From Candidatus Thorarchaeota archaeon (GTDB lineage: Archaea; Asgardarchaeota; Thorarchaeia; Thorarchaeales; Thorarchaeaceae), in NCBI GenBank assembly GCA_018335335.1, contig JAGXKG010000013.1, positions 1 through 45,895 on the forward strand: a stretch of 45,895 nt of DNA. The letters run 5' to 3'. A program made the translations under genes and the position numbers. Of the stretch, positions 17,152-26,741 are shown piece after piece. Every line of letters begins with the position of its first letter. Position 1 is the stretch's first letter. The notes beneath the pieces are model-generated. The model made no database searches, was not told the origin of the DNA, and worked only from the letters and a program-made list of their open reading frames with translations.

Positions 17152-18095
17152 TTAGCAACGAGTTTCTTTTTTCCTTTCTTACCGCCTGCCTTTTTATTCT
17201 TGGCTGTTTCTTCTTCTACTTCTTCTTGAAAGAAGGTAATCAGATCACCCAGTCTTTCTTTCATCTCTACCTTTATGGGGCTTAGAATGGCGTCCGGTGT
17301 ACCCTTAAGGAGCTCAATTCCCAGTACATTACCATCTTTTACAATAACTCGTGGAATGAATCCTTCTGCCATGAATGTTCCTTCGGGGGGATCCTTCACC
17401 TTCTCAATTTCGTGCTCTATTTTTTCCTTTCCGAAGATTGAAGTCTTCTTCTCAGCCACTGTGTAAAGCTCATTGTATATGATGACCAGTTCGCGTTCGT
17501 AGCCTTCTGGTGGGCTTTGTTCCTTCAATTGTTCAATCATCGATCGGATTTCATCATTTGGTGCTCTTGTTGCTGTTTTGGAAACTGGAGCAGGTTCTTT
17601 AGGTTGGGAGCTGGTCTGTGTTGTGCTTGCTCCGCTGCTAGTTGGAGGCGGTGTTGGTGGTTTCTCATGAGTTCTCTTTTCTGGAACCTTTTTGGGTGGC
17701 GGAGCTGGCTTTGAAGATGGAACCTCCGGTTCTTTCTTCGGTTTCTTTTTTGTTGAGTCCTTCGGTTTCTTCTTGGGTTTTGGAGGTGTTTTTACACCTG
17801 GTTTCTTGACTCTTTTGGCCCCTTCTCCCTCTAAGGCAACGAAGAACGGAGGTGGTTCCTCTCCTTCATCGAGTGGTCTGACACTGAAATGGAAACCATA
17901 TTCACTTCGTAGATTTGTAGCTACTCGCGCACCAATGAATTTCCTTCTTATTCCTGCCTGACTTCCTTTCCAGAGGAAGATGCTCTTGGTTTCACCATCA
18001 ACGACACAGAAGACTTCACCCGAATCCAACGAATCTTTCGTTATTTCATGTTCTTGCAGTGTGCCATCTTCTGAAACTTTGTAACCAGTTACCAT
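17148..18095 (-). CDS. Gelsolin-domain protein: a single N-terminal gelsolin repeat, a Lys/Pro-rich linker, and a ~130-aa C-terminal domain of unknown function. This is the 1DGelX-like architecture described for Thorarchaeota.
   Basis: 315 aa. The N-terminal LDSGEVFCVVDGETKSIFLWKGSQAGIRRKFIGARVATNLRSEYGFHFSVRPLDEGEEPPPFFVALEG matches the gelsolin-repeat signature (hydrophobic strand, D, x, IFxWxG, ..A....A, then EGxEPxxF). The low-complexity linker is KPKKKPKDSTKKKPKKEPEVPSSKPAPPPKK. Confidence 0.7.
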   Translation of the reverse strand: MVTGYKVSEDGTLQEHEITKDSLDSGEVFCVVDGETKSIFLWKGSQAGIRRKFIGARVATNLRSEYGFHFSVRPLDEGEEPPPFFVALEGEGAKRVKKPGVKTPPKPKKKPKDSTKKKPKKEPEVPSSKPAPPPKKVPEKRTHEKPPTPPPTSSGASTTQTSSQPKEPAPVSKTATRAPNDEIRSMIEQLKEQSPPEGYERELVIIYNELYTVAEKKTSIFGKEKIEHEIEKVKDPPEGTFMAEGFIPRVIVKDGNVLGIELLKGTPDAILSPIKVEMKERLGDLITFFQEEVEEETAKNKKAGGKKGKKKLVAK

Positions 18096-18251
18096 AGTTA
18101 TCCCTACACAAACCGGGGTTTTCCCTGTTTTTACGAGCTAAAGAATGGGTTGGCCCCATTTCTTAGCTTCAACAGTTCGAACTCATATATGATATTTATT
18201 GGTTTATCTTATATTCCCCTGTTTCTTTCGATTGGATGTATTTCTCTATCC

Positions 18252-19316
18252 CTATTTTTCTTCTGATAAGACTACTGTGTCTCTAGGGTCGAAGATGAAT
18301 CGTATATTTTCCCCTCTTTTTCTTCTGAGTTTCGCCGCTGTTTCCGATTCGGTCACGAGGGCAATCAAGGGTTCTCCATTAAACTCCATTGTGGCTTTAT
18401 ATGCTCCAATCTGTGGCGTTATCGACCGGACAGTTGCCATCGCTCCATTATCATTACTATCCAGAATTCTGATTGCTGCGGGTTTCACCGTGAATGTAAC
18501 TGCGCTTCCGGGGTCATAGGAACCCCTTATTTTGAGTAAACTATCTCCAATTCTCACTCTTGAGGTCTTTTCTGTTTTTTCTTCAACTAAGCCTGAAAAA
18601 ACATTGCCCCTTCCTACAAACCGTGCCACGAACTCGTTTTTTGGTTCATTGTATAGCTCTTCTGCTGTACCCGTTTGAACAACTCTGCCACCTTCCAGTA
18701 TGGCTACTCTGTCTGATACCGAGAAGGCTTCAGCCTGACTATGTGTTACATAGATGGTGGTGATTCCCAATTCCCTCTGAATCTTCCTGATTTCAACCTG
18801 AAGCCGTTCTTTGAGAATAGGATCTAAATCTGACAACGGTTCATCTAGAAGGAGTAGACGTGGTGATTTGGCTACCGCACGGGCAAGCGCAACCCGTTGT
18901 GCTTCACCTCCACTAACTTCGTCAATGTTCCGCTCAAGCAGATTATCTATGCCGAAAACAGCTGCCAATTCTTTCACCCTTTCTATAATTCTGTCCTTGC
19001 CCCATCCTTCCATTTCAAGTCCAAAGGCGATATTGTGAAAGACATCCATATTTGGAAACAAGGCTATTGATTGAAAGACCATCCCAATCTGTCGCTTTGT
19101 GGGGTTTAGAAATGTGACATCCTGCTCATCAAAGAGGAGTCTCCCGCTATCAGGTTTGATAAACCCGGCAACCATCCTAAGCGTGGTTGTTTTTCCAGCG
19201 CCACTAGGACCCAGCAAAGCCATCAATTCCCCGTCTTCTAACTTCAAACTGATTGGCCCTACTCTGGTACCATCGCGGAACTGTCTTTCCATCTGGATGA
19301 TTTCAACTTCCACCAT
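18252..19316 (-). CDS. ABC transporter ATP-binding subunit (PotA/FbpC/ThiQ-like) with a C-terminal TOBE/MOP-like regulatory domain.
   Basis: Walker A GPSGAGKTT, ABC signature LSGGEAQRVALARA, Walker B LLLLDEPLS and an H-loop. The C-terminal ~100 aa form a beta-rich TOBE-like domain. Confidence 0.9.
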   Translation of the reverse strand: MVEVEIIQMERQFRDGTRVGPISLKLEDGELMALLGPSGAGKTTTLRMVAGFIKPDSGRLLFDEQDVTFLNPTKRQIGMVFQSIALFPNMDVFHNIAFGLEMEGWGKDRIIERVKELAAVFGIDNLLERNIDEVSGGEAQRVALARAVAKSPRLLLLDEPLSDLDPILKERLQVEIRKIQRELGITTIYVTHSQAEAFSVSDRVAILEGGRVVQTGTAEELYNEPKNEFVARFVGRGNVFSGLVEEKTEKTSRVRIGDSLLKIRGSYDPGSAVTFTVKPAAIRILDSNDNGAMATVRSITPQIGAYKATMEFNGEPLIALVTESETAAKLRRKRGENIRFIFDPRDTVVLSEEK

Positions 19317-20963
19317 CTACAGCGCACCTCCAGCGGCTTTGTCAGATAAGCGTTCAATTGATAGAAAGGCTAGAGAGCAACAAAGAGTAAGAATCAAGGC
19401 TGCCGCTCCTGCTTCAACGAATTTACGAACTGCTAGATACTGATATATCGCTACTGCCAGCGTAGTATTTTGTGGAAGCGCTATGAACAGTGTTGCTGAC
19501 ATCTCTCCGATGGCCATCGCAAAGGAGAACGTGGCACCTACCAGTATCCCTGGAGCAATAAGTGGCAGTTCAATGAAAAACAATCTTTCTAGTCTCGATG
19601 CACCGAGTAAATCGGCTTGTTCCAGCAGTGAGCGATCTATGTCTTTTACCGCAATTTCAATTGCTCGTACAGTAAATGGAAGACCAATAATCGTCTGAGC
19701 GATTACAATGAGAGGCCACGGATTTGTACTCAAGCCCAGCGGCACTGCAATTGCTCTCATTAGGCCATACGCTAGCGTGATGGATGATATTCCCAAGGGT
19801 AAGAGAGTGATGGCTGAAGTTACTGTAGCAATCCGAGAATGATTGAACCGTTGGCGATATGCTAGTGGTATGGCGATGAGAACAGCAAAGAAAGTTGAGA
19901 GAATAGCGTAGAAAAGTGAGTTGATAAATGGTCGAAGCCCTTTTCCTGTACCTAGCTGTACTAGATTGACGAAGCCCTGTAATGTGAACTCGTCTGTTAT
20001 CGGACTGTAGAATGAAGAGCCAACTACAGCAACTATGGGTCCTATAATTAGTATAGATACGATTACTGTATATAGTGCAGCAAGGAACTGAAAAACCCTT
20101 CTAAGATTTTGGAACTGAACCGTTTTTACTGCCCTTGTCTGTCCTGTAGCATGAGTGTCTGATCTACCAATGGTGATATACCAGTATGCCAAGATGATCG
20201 TAATTATCAACTGAATCAACGCTAGGGCGCTGGCTTCACCGTAGTCTGCTAAACGAAATGCATTCCAAATCCGGACTTCGATTGTTGCGTAACGACCCTG
20301 TCCAAGAGCAAGGACAATCGGAAATGACATGAAGCAGAACAAGAAGGTCAACAGGCTGGCAGCAACAATAGACTTTAGGATGTGTGGGAGGATAATGCGC
20401 CTGAATTTCTGCAGTGGACCCGCTCCCAAAATATCGGCGCTTTCTTCGATTTCCGGACTCAGTCTTTGGAGTGATGCTGATACGATAAGAGCAACTAGAG
20501 GTATGTTATAGAAGACGTGAGCGAGTACTATTCCAGTAAAGCCAGAGGCTAGATCCAAGGCTGAGGTATCCGCGCTGAGAATAGTCATCAGAATAGAATC
20601 GATGAAGCCTCCCTGACCGAACATTCGTAGAAAACCAACTACAACGACAATTGGCGGCAATACAAATGGAATAAGCATAGCAGCTTGAATCAGCTCTTTT
20701 CCACGAAAGTCCAATTTGGCGAGTATGATTCCGCCAGGAAGACCAAGAAGTACTGTGGCAATGGTACTTACTACTGCTTGGACAATCGTAAATCCAAAAA
20801 CGCGATGCGTTACTGATGAAGTCCAGACCTCCAAGAAGGAGGACCCTGGGCCCACAAGGAGGCCTCTAACTAGAACTGAAAGAACAGGATACACAAGGAA
20901 TACGAACAGGAGTGCGACGGGAATCCCAATAATGGCATATTGCCTGATTTTCCTCGCATGCAT
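19317..20963 (-). CDS. ABC transporter permease with a duplicated (two-domain, ~12 TM) permease, as in FbpB/ThiP.
   Basis: 548 aa, hydrophobic throughout. It has two EAA-like loops, and its stop directly abuts the start of the ATPase gene (19316/19317). Confidence 0.85.
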   Translation of the reverse strand: MHARKIRQYAIIGIPVALLFVFLVYPVLSVLVRGLLVGPGSSFLEVWTSSVTHRVFGFTIVQAVVSTIATVLLGLPGGIILAKLDFRGKELIQAAMLIPFVLPPIVVVVGFLRMFGQGGFIDSILMTILSADTSALDLASGFTGIVLAHVFYNIPLVALIVSASLQRLSPEIEESADILGAGPLQKFRRIILPHILKSIVAASLLTFLFCFMSFPIVLALGQGRYATIEVRIWNAFRLADYGEASALALIQLIITIILAYWYITIGRSDTHATGQTRAVKTVQFQNLRRVFQFLAALYTVIVSILIIGPIVAVVGSSFYSPITDEFTLQGFVNLVQLGTGKGLRPFINSLFYAILSTFFAVLIAIPLAYRQRFNHSRIATVTSAITLLPLGISSITLAYGLMRAIAVPLGLSTNPWPLIVIAQTIIGLPFTVRAIEIAVKDIDRSLLEQADLLGASRLERLFFIELPLIAPGILVGATFSFAMAIGEMSATLFIALPQNTTLAVAIYQYLAVRKFVEAGAAALILTLCCSLAFLSIERLSDKAAGGAL

Positions 20964-20987
20964 TTTTGGTACTCCTCGTCGCTGAAT

Positions 20988-22121
20988 CTAGGCTGCTGTC
21001 ATAATATTTTCCCATTCGTCAAGCCATGACTCAAGATTGGTTGCAGTTTCGTTCCTGGTAAGCAGATTATTGAGCATATTTATTTCGTCAGGATGGAGGG
21101 CATACTGGAATGCCGGTTCCAATTCTACAGATCCATTGACTGGATACATCCATTGATTCACTGCAATATGGGACTGGACATTCCCTGTAAGACAGTACTG
21201 GATAAATTCCCTAGCCAAATCCGGATGAGGCCCTCCTTTGACTATTCCCATGCCTTCAATTTGTACCCATGCATATTCCTGATTATTGTGGACGATTGGT
21301 GCTACCCCTGTTGATGGTTCGGTCTCCGACATGTACGCAGAATAAGCTGGGTCCGTTCCATAGCTGACGAGCAGGCTCCGTGATTCATCACTATCCCACT
21401 TGCTCCATGCTTCCGACCACCCCTCTTGCACATTAATGTCATCTCTAACTTGAGTCCACCAATCGGTCCAATCTTCTTCTTTGAGTTTCTCTTGCACAGC
21501 GATTTCACTCAAAAGGAAGCTTAGACCTGGGCTACTCATCTGAGGATTCTCAGTAACGAGACTTGATGCCATCTCGGCAAGATTTGAAAATGTAAGATTA
21601 GCTAATTGAGGGTGCGTTGTTACATTCATATTTGCCATAGAGTAGATGAGTGTAACCAAGCCGTAATCAAAGGGCACAACGTAATGCTCTGGGTCAAGAG
21701 CATTCACCAAGTCCAGTGATGTATTCTCCAAAGACTCTTGTAGGTTTGGAGGAACATATGGTTCCAATACGGTCTTTGTATCTTCTCGGAGGATGAGGAT
21801 GTTATCGATTCCAATAACAACATCGGCGACTGGATTCTCTTTTTCGGCAACTAACCTCGAAATAATTCCACTTGCATCGGTTTGAAGACGCTCGATTTGC
21901 ACATCAATCCCATATTCCTCTTCAAATCCCGAAAACACTTGATCATCAATTTCGTCAGGATTTGGTCCCCACGCCATAAAGCTATCATAAGTGTAAACTC
22001 TGAATTTGGGTTTAGGCCATGTGAGAATTCCATACACTGACACACCGATGACGACAATAATGAGTACAACTGCGATTATCTTCTTTGGATCCTGCCTTGG
22101 ACTGTAGTCACTTTGTGACAT
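20988..22121 (-). CDS. Extracellular solute-binding protein of an ABC importer (thiamine or iron(III)-type SBP family). N-terminal TM/signal anchor.
   Basis: 377 aa. The N-terminal hydrophobic anchor IIAVVLIIVVIGVSVYGILTW is followed by KFRVYTYDSF, the conserved start of TbpA/FbpA-type SBPs. It is the first gene of the SBP-permease-ATPase operon. Confidence 0.8.
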   Translation of the reverse strand: MSQSDYSPRQDPKKIIAVVLIIVVIGVSVYGILTWPKPKFRVYTYDSFMAWGPNPDEIDDQVFSGFEEEYGIDVQIERLQTDASGIISRLVAEKENPVADVVIGIDNILILREDTKTVLEPYVPPNLQESLENTSLDLVNALDPEHYVVPFDYGLVTLIYSMANMNVTTHPQLANLTFSNLAEMASSLVTENPQMSSPGLSFLLSEIAVQEKLKEEDWTDWWTQVRDDINVQEGWSEAWSKWDSDESRSLLVSYGTDPAYSAYMSETEPSTGVAPIVHNNQEYAWVQIEGMGIVKGGPHPDLAREFIQYCLTGNVQSHIAVNQWMYPVNGSVELEPAFQYALHPDEINMLNNLLTRNETATNLESWLDEWENIMTAA

Positions 22122-22205
22122 ATCAGACTATCACCTTTATATGCTTGTTATACAACTCTGTTATGAAAGAAAGCTGAATAAATAGTTTCTGTTGGTGATA
22201 ATGAT
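22122..22205. promoter_or_regulatory. Divergent promoter region between the ABC importer operon (-) and the HTH regulator gene (+). A TATA-like cctttatatgc sits at 22134-22144. An inverted 7-mer TATCACC(22129-22135)/GGTGATA(22194-22200) flanks the region.
   Basis: Read directly. The TATA is ~18 bp from the start codon of the minus-strand gene, suggesting a leaderless or short-leader mRNA, and ~67 bp from the plus-strand ATG. Confidence 0.35.
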
Positions 22206-23123
22206 ATGCGGCCTCCATGCGAAATAGTGATTCGAGAGATCCTACCAAGAATTAGGGCAGGCGTGGCTCGACGTCTAAGTAACGAGGACATGTCTCAGAG
22301 CAAAATAGGAGAAAGACTGGGCATCACGCAGGCTGCTGTGAGCAAATATCTTGGTGAAACACCTAAAATTGATGAGAACCTGAAGGGTCTGGTAGAGAAT
22401 ATTTCAGACATGATTGTGAGCGGAACCAATAGACCTGATCGAACGGTTAAGGCCATTTGTAGAACGTGCATGTATTTGCGGATTGGTTCTTCAACGTGCA
22501 AGCGTCATCGGGAGCTCATTCCCGCTCTTGAAGATGTGGACTGTAGAATATGCTCTGAACTGCTTGGAGATAAAGAAAAGGGATTCTCAAATCGTGCCAA
22601 ACTCCTACAAGACATGGAAGAGGCCGTGCGAATAATTGAAACGATTCCGAATTTCGACATGCTCATTCCCCAAGTACGCGCGAATCTGGCTTCGTGTGAA
22701 CATTCTCCCAAATCTATTCGCGATGTTATTAGCATACCTGGCAGAATCACTTTGCTCAAGAATCGTGCTCATGCGGTCGGAGCTCCCGAGTTTGGTTCCT
22801 CTGAGCATACTGCTGAGATTCTGCTTTGGGGAAACGAGGTACGTGAAGAAATCCGTTCGTGTCTCTGTTTGAGCGGAAGATCCGCTGTTCGGGAAATCGC
22901 TGAAACGGCGGGATTCGATATCATTGAGGTGGAAACGCCAGCTCGAAGCGCAAAAGAAATTATTAAACACTCGCAACCCCTTGTTGAGACCTCAGGTTTC
23001 GATTCAGATTATCCGGCCATTTATGTTCCTGGCGGCCTCGGCGTGGAGCCAATATTGTACCTTTTCGGACCAGGATCCATACCACTAGCAAATAAATGCA
23101 GCGAGATGACAGATTCCTTGTGA
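22206..23123 (+). CDS. Transcriptional regulator with an N-terminal HTH, a Cys4 cluster, and a ~200-aa C-terminal domain. It may be a ThiR-like (HTH + ThiN) thiamine regulator.
   Basis: The HTH is SQSKIGERLGITQAAVSKYL. The Cys motifs are CRTCMYLRIGSSTCKRH...DCRICSE. It is divergently adjacent to a thiamine-type ABC importer, consistent with the archaeal ThiR regulon described in the literature. The ThiN assignment is not verified from sequence. Confidence 0.5.
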   Translation: MRPPCEIVIREILPRIRAGVARRLSNEDMSQSKIGERLGITQAAVSKYLGETPKIDENLKGLVENISDMIVSGTNRPDRTVKAICRTCMYLRIGSSTCKRHRELIPALEDVDCRICSELLGDKEKGFSNRAKLLQDMEEAVRIIETIPNFDMLIPQVRANLASCEHSPKSIRDVISIPGRITLLKNRAHAVGAPEFGSSEHTAEILLWGNEVREEIRSCLCLSGRSAVREIAETAGFDIIEVETPARSAKEIIKHSQPLVETSGFDSDYPAIYVPGGLGVEPILYLFGPGSIPLANKCSEMTDSL

Positions 23124-23182
23124 TACTTATCCTAAAATTGGTACATTATCTCATTCAATCATAGAATTCAGGATGTTCCAAA

Positions 23183-24025
23183 ATGATGATCCGCGAAGGC
23201 AAGATGTGGGACTGCAATGATTTGCTTACTGTTTACCAGACGACGAGATGGTCGGAGGAATACACCGCGGAACAGGTGAAACAAGAACATCGCCTTGTTG
23301 GATTGGAACGCTGGGGATGGCTTGTTGCAGAGAAAGATGATCAGGTTATTGGAGAAATCATATTCCGTGTTGAACCTACTCCAAACAAAGGATTAGTGGG
23401 AATAGTCCGGAGTATTGATGTTGATATTCGTTTTCAGAAACAAGGCGTGGGACGCAAGTTGGTTTCAGAAGCTGAAAGCATTTTGAAGAAGAAACAGGCC
23501 CAACGAATAGTGATTCGGTCCCCTCCTAGTGCCTACAACTTCTGGATGAAGCTTGGCTACTTCAAAAGAGGTCAACTAACATGGATTGAAGATGAAATCG
23601 AAGATATCCCCGTCATGCGGAATTCAAGCATCTCAACCCATCGACTAAGGGGCCTCAATGATTTGCCAGACTCTCTTGCGTTTTCTCATTTCGCTCTTGC
23701 TGATTCCTTGGCGAAAGCGGCTAGCGATGTTATTGACAAGGGGGAAGTTGGTAGAGTATTCGAGTTCAAGAGGGAAGGGAAACCGATTGGGGCCGGTGTA
23801 GTTGTCAAGAGAGACGCAAAAAAGGCTGAATTTGTAGCAGATATAGTCCCTGATGCGCTGGATTACTTCTCTGTAATCGTAAGCAGAACTGCCAGAGCAG
23901 CGAATCCTTGGACCACTAAGACGGCCTATAGTGTTATTCCTGATGATTCACTTGGGCAGTATATTGAGTCCGCCACGTGGGATATCAAAGAAGCACGTGA
24001 TATCCCCGTGATGAAACTCCTATAA
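23183..24025 (+). CDS. GNAT family N-acetyltransferase with a C-terminal extension of unknown function.
   Basis: 280 aa. Acetyl-CoA-binding motif A is FQKQGVGRKLV (Q/R-x-x-G-x-G/A). The N-terminal 130 aa fit a GNAT fold pattern. Alternative starts exist at MMIREGKMWD. Confidence 0.6.
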   Translation: MMIREGKMWDCNDLLTVYQTTRWSEEYTAEQVKQEHRLVGLERWGWLVAEKDDQVIGEIIFRVEPTPNKGLVGIVRSIDVDIRFQKQGVGRKLVSEAESILKKKQAQRIVIRSPPSAYNFWMKLGYFKRGQLTWIEDEIEDIPVMRNSSISTHRLRGLNDLPDSLAFSHFALADSLAKAASDVIDKGEVGRVFEFKREGKPIGAGVVVKRDAKKAEFVADIVPDALDYFSVIVSRTARAANPWTTKTAYSVIPDDSLGQYIESATWDIKEARDIPVMKLL

Positions 24026-24028
24026 TCT

Positions 24029-25612
24029 CTATTCGCTCTTGGTTGTACCCGTTACCAATGGTATGACCCAATTAGTGAACACAAGAACTGAACCAACGGC
24101 CCATATGCTGCTCAGATTGAAGTGCCAGACAAGTATTGGGATTGTATTGATTCCTAGGGAGACAAAAAGCCCAAGAATAACCGCGAAGAATATCAAATCA
24201 ACCACAAGTACTGGCCTCAGTGGTTGTCCCTTCTTCTTTCTGTACAGTGGGATTAGTATGGCTATTCCTAGCAGCCCTATTGCGCTTACTATTTCTTCAG
24301 TTCTAAGACTAGCGAAACCAAAGATTTCGGTAATTTCAGTGGTCTCTCCTTCTGGCGTAGTAACTACTATCTTCACATCGTGTTCCCATTTGCTGTAGCT
24401 ATTAGTATCTATGTGGAAGGTGTATTCTCCCGTGGGTACTGTTCTATTGATTAGTCCTTCAACGGGTTCATCATCTACGTAAACTGTGACATTTACTGTT
24501 TCCCACCCGCTCTCGATAGTTATGGTGAATCTAGCCATACCCACCACTATGTCTGTAGTTGGAGATTTGAATGAGACTTCTGGAAGACCGAAATTATCAA
24601 TCACCAGAGTCATTCTGGATGCCCATTTGTGGCCGTACAAATCATATGCCTTGAATGTGAAATTTGCCTCACCTTCTGGATATGGCGTCGTATTCAGTGT
24701 AAAGGAACTGCGCCCTTTTGGTAAGGTAATATTTTCTACATCGGGTGCTAGCTCGCCTTCGACATAAGCTGAGAACGTCACATTATCGTAGGGTGTGAAT
24801 ACCTTTACTGAGATTTCCTGATTACCTGAAACCGTATCGAACATGGCAAGACCAGAAATGGCAAATCTAACATGATCTAGAAACTCGAGTTGGATGCTTG
24901 TTGAATCCGTGAGGCCTTCTTCTGTGTAGACAAGTAGGTCTATTTGGTGAATTCCATTTTCAAACTCGCTACCGTTAATCATTACGCTGTAATTGCCGCC
25001 TGTTACAGGCACAGATGCAGCACTGTAGCTGGGCACTAGTTCTCCATCTACGCTTACGTTCAAGAATACCGATTCATAGTCTGCAGTTATGTTTACGGTT
25101 ATAGAATCGAAGCCAGTGAATGTAGAATTCTCGTCTGGAGCTAGGATTTCGATCATGGGAGGACCATGATTATTGACCGAGAAGACGAGTGGAAAACTCT
25201 CTTTTTCGGGTGTTACTAGGTCCTGGTTAATGAATAGAAATGTGAAATTTACATTTCCTTCTGACAAATTCGTTGTGTCAATCGTAAAATTCTGTTCTCC
25301 AGTGGTAATTGGTGTGTTATTATAGTCAGGATACTCTTCTCCGTCAGTATAGAGAGTCACATTGAGTGGTCCCGCCGAGCTTGTAATATTCAGTGTGATA
25401 TTAGAAAGCCCTGAAATTTCAGTATTATTTGCGGGGGAAATGAGATCGATGGTGATGTTTTCAGAATCGAATCCGGCTGCTACATATGGATTTGCATTGA
25501 TAAACGGGGCCGTATTCTTTGGTAATGTCTGGATGTTGTGCTGTGGCTGGATTGCTCCAAGGAGAACCATTGACACTGCGAGGGTTATCACGAATATCTT
25601 CCTGTTTCTCAT
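24029..25612 (-). CDS. Secreted, cell-surface glycoprotein-like protein with four Ig-like repeats and a C-terminal multi-TM anchor.
   Basis: 527 aa. The signal peptide is MRNRKIFVITLAVSMVLLGAIQP. There are at least 20 N-x-S/T sequons. A ~90-aa unit is repeated (ITLNITSSAGPLNVTLYTDGEE / ITVNITADYESVFLNVSVDGELV / ISVKVFTPYDNVTFSAYVEGELA / FTITIESGWETVNVTVYVDDEPV). The C-terminal hydrophobic helices are followed by a basic RKKKG. Confidence 0.7.
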   Translation of the reverse strand: MRNRKIFVITLAVSMVLLGAIQPQHNIQTLPKNTAPFINANPYVAAGFDSENITIDLISPANNTEISGLSNITLNITSSAGPLNVTLYTDGEEYPDYNNTPITTGEQNFTIDTTNLSEGNVNFTFLFINQDLVTPEKESFPLVFSVNNHGPPMIEILAPDENSTFTGFDSITVNITADYESVFLNVSVDGELVPSYSAASVPVTGGNYSVMINGSEFENGIHQIDLLVYTEEGLTDSTSIQLEFLDHVRFAISGLAMFDTVSGNQEISVKVFTPYDNVTFSAYVEGELAPDVENITLPKGRSSFTLNTTPYPEGEANFTFKAYDLYGHKWASRMTLVIDNFGLPEVSFKSPTTDIVVGMARFTITIESGWETVNVTVYVDDEPVEGLINRTVPTGEYTFHIDTNSYSKWEHDVKIVVTTPEGETTEITEIFGFASLRTEEIVSAIGLLGIAILIPLYRKKKGQPLRPVLVVDLIFFAVILGLFVSLGINTIPILVWHFNLSSIWAVGSVLVFTNWVIPLVTGTTKSE

Positions 25613-25766
25613 AAAGTACCCTTCCTGATACTAACGAAGCGGAGCTTGGCGCTTGTTGGGTGAGTTCGTGGTGAGTTTTTAAAGATAGCGCCAGTTTCAT
25701 TGCTGTACAACGCTTCGGAGTTTTTCCGGTGCCAATGCCTTATTTACTGATTGATAGGTTCTATCT

Positions 25767-26738
25767 ATGCGGAACTCGATGAAGAATGGAGCCCTCGACT
25801 TGAAAGGCCTGATCACAAAAATAGAGAGATGCTCAACAGAGGATGGCCCCGGGATACGAACAACAGTCTTTCTAAAAGGGTGTCCAATGAGATGCCTCTG
25901 GTGTCACAACATAGAAGCAATTGATAGCGACCCCCATCTTGTATGGCATGAATCGAAGTGCATAGGCGATTTAGCTTGTATCGAAGCGTGTCAATACAAA
26001 GCTCTAGAGATGACTAGGTCAGGTTTGATTATCGATCGAGAAAGATGTTGTCTGTGCAGGACGTGTGAGGAAACATGTCCGTCGGGTGCATTGGAAATCA
26101 TAGGTACAGAGTGGGAACCTATGGAACTTGTTGAAGAGATTGCTCGAGATTCTGTATTCTTCGAACAATCCGGCGGTGGTGTGACATTTTCAGGAGGCGA
26201 ACCCACACAACAGATTGATTTCTTGGAAACGGTTGCCAAGGCCCTCCACCAAGAAGGAATTCATGTTGCTCTTGATACTTGTGGATACTGTAATGAGCAG
26301 GTCCTGTTGCGTGCAATCAACAACGTTGACTTGATTCTATACGATCTCAAGATTATGGATCCAGTTAAGCACAAGGAATACACAGGCGTACCCCTAGACG
26401 TCGTAATTGACAACGCTCGTCTTATTGGGCAGACACGCATTCCTACTTGGGTCCGTACCCCGGTGATTCCAGGTTACACGGATTCGAATCAAAATATCAT
26501 GAGTATTGCTCGATTCATACGGGAAAAACTACCAAATGTGCAGCGATATGATCTCTTAGCATTCAATCGGATGTGTACAGAAAAATATCATCTGCTTGGA
26601 CAAGAGTACCCTCTTGAAGAGGTGTCTTTGATGACTGAAAATCGAATGGAGGAGCTGGTTGATATAGCTCGACATGAAGGTCTCGAAGAAGTTGAATGGT
26701 CGGGAATAACTCGAAGAAGGAACTCAGTTGGGGGGTAA
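25767..26738 (+). CDS. Radical SAM enzyme of the glycyl-radical-enzyme-activase family (PflA-like with an inserted ferredoxin-like Cys cluster domain).
   Basis: The radical SAM motif CPMRCLWC (C-x3-C-x2-C) is near the N-terminus. An insert carries CIGDLACIEAC and CCLCRTCEETCP (C-x2-C-x2-C-x3-CP). It has a glycine-rich SAM-binding GGEP motif. No glycyl radical enzyme gene is nearby. Confidence 0.75.
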   Translation: MRNSMKNGALDLKGLITKIERCSTEDGPGIRTTVFLKGCPMRCLWCHNIEAIDSDPHLVWHESKCIGDLACIEACQYKALEMTRSGLIIDRERCCLCRTCEETCPSGALEIIGTEWEPMELVEEIARDSVFFEQSGGGVTFSGGEPTQQIDFLETVAKALHQEGIHVALDTCGYCNEQVLLRAINNVDLILYDLKIMDPVKHKEYTGVPLDVVIDNARLIGQTRIPTWVRTPVIPGYTDSNQNIMSIARFIREKLPNVQRYDLLAFNRMCTEKYHLLGQEYPLEEVSLMTENRMEELVDIARHEGLEEVEWSGITRRRNSVGG

Positions 26739-26741
26739 GCC

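Noticed and set aside
17275-17961. Several plus-strand ORFs (Gly/Phe/Trp-rich) inside the gelsolin gene.
   Set aside because: Antisense of the Lys/Pro-rich linker. Their compositions are implausible.
22107-22119. Palindrome gtcac-ttt-gtgac at the start codon of the solute-binding protein gene.
   Set aside because: It falls on the coding start (MSQSDY). The 5-bp arms are too short to call a regulatory site without conservation data.
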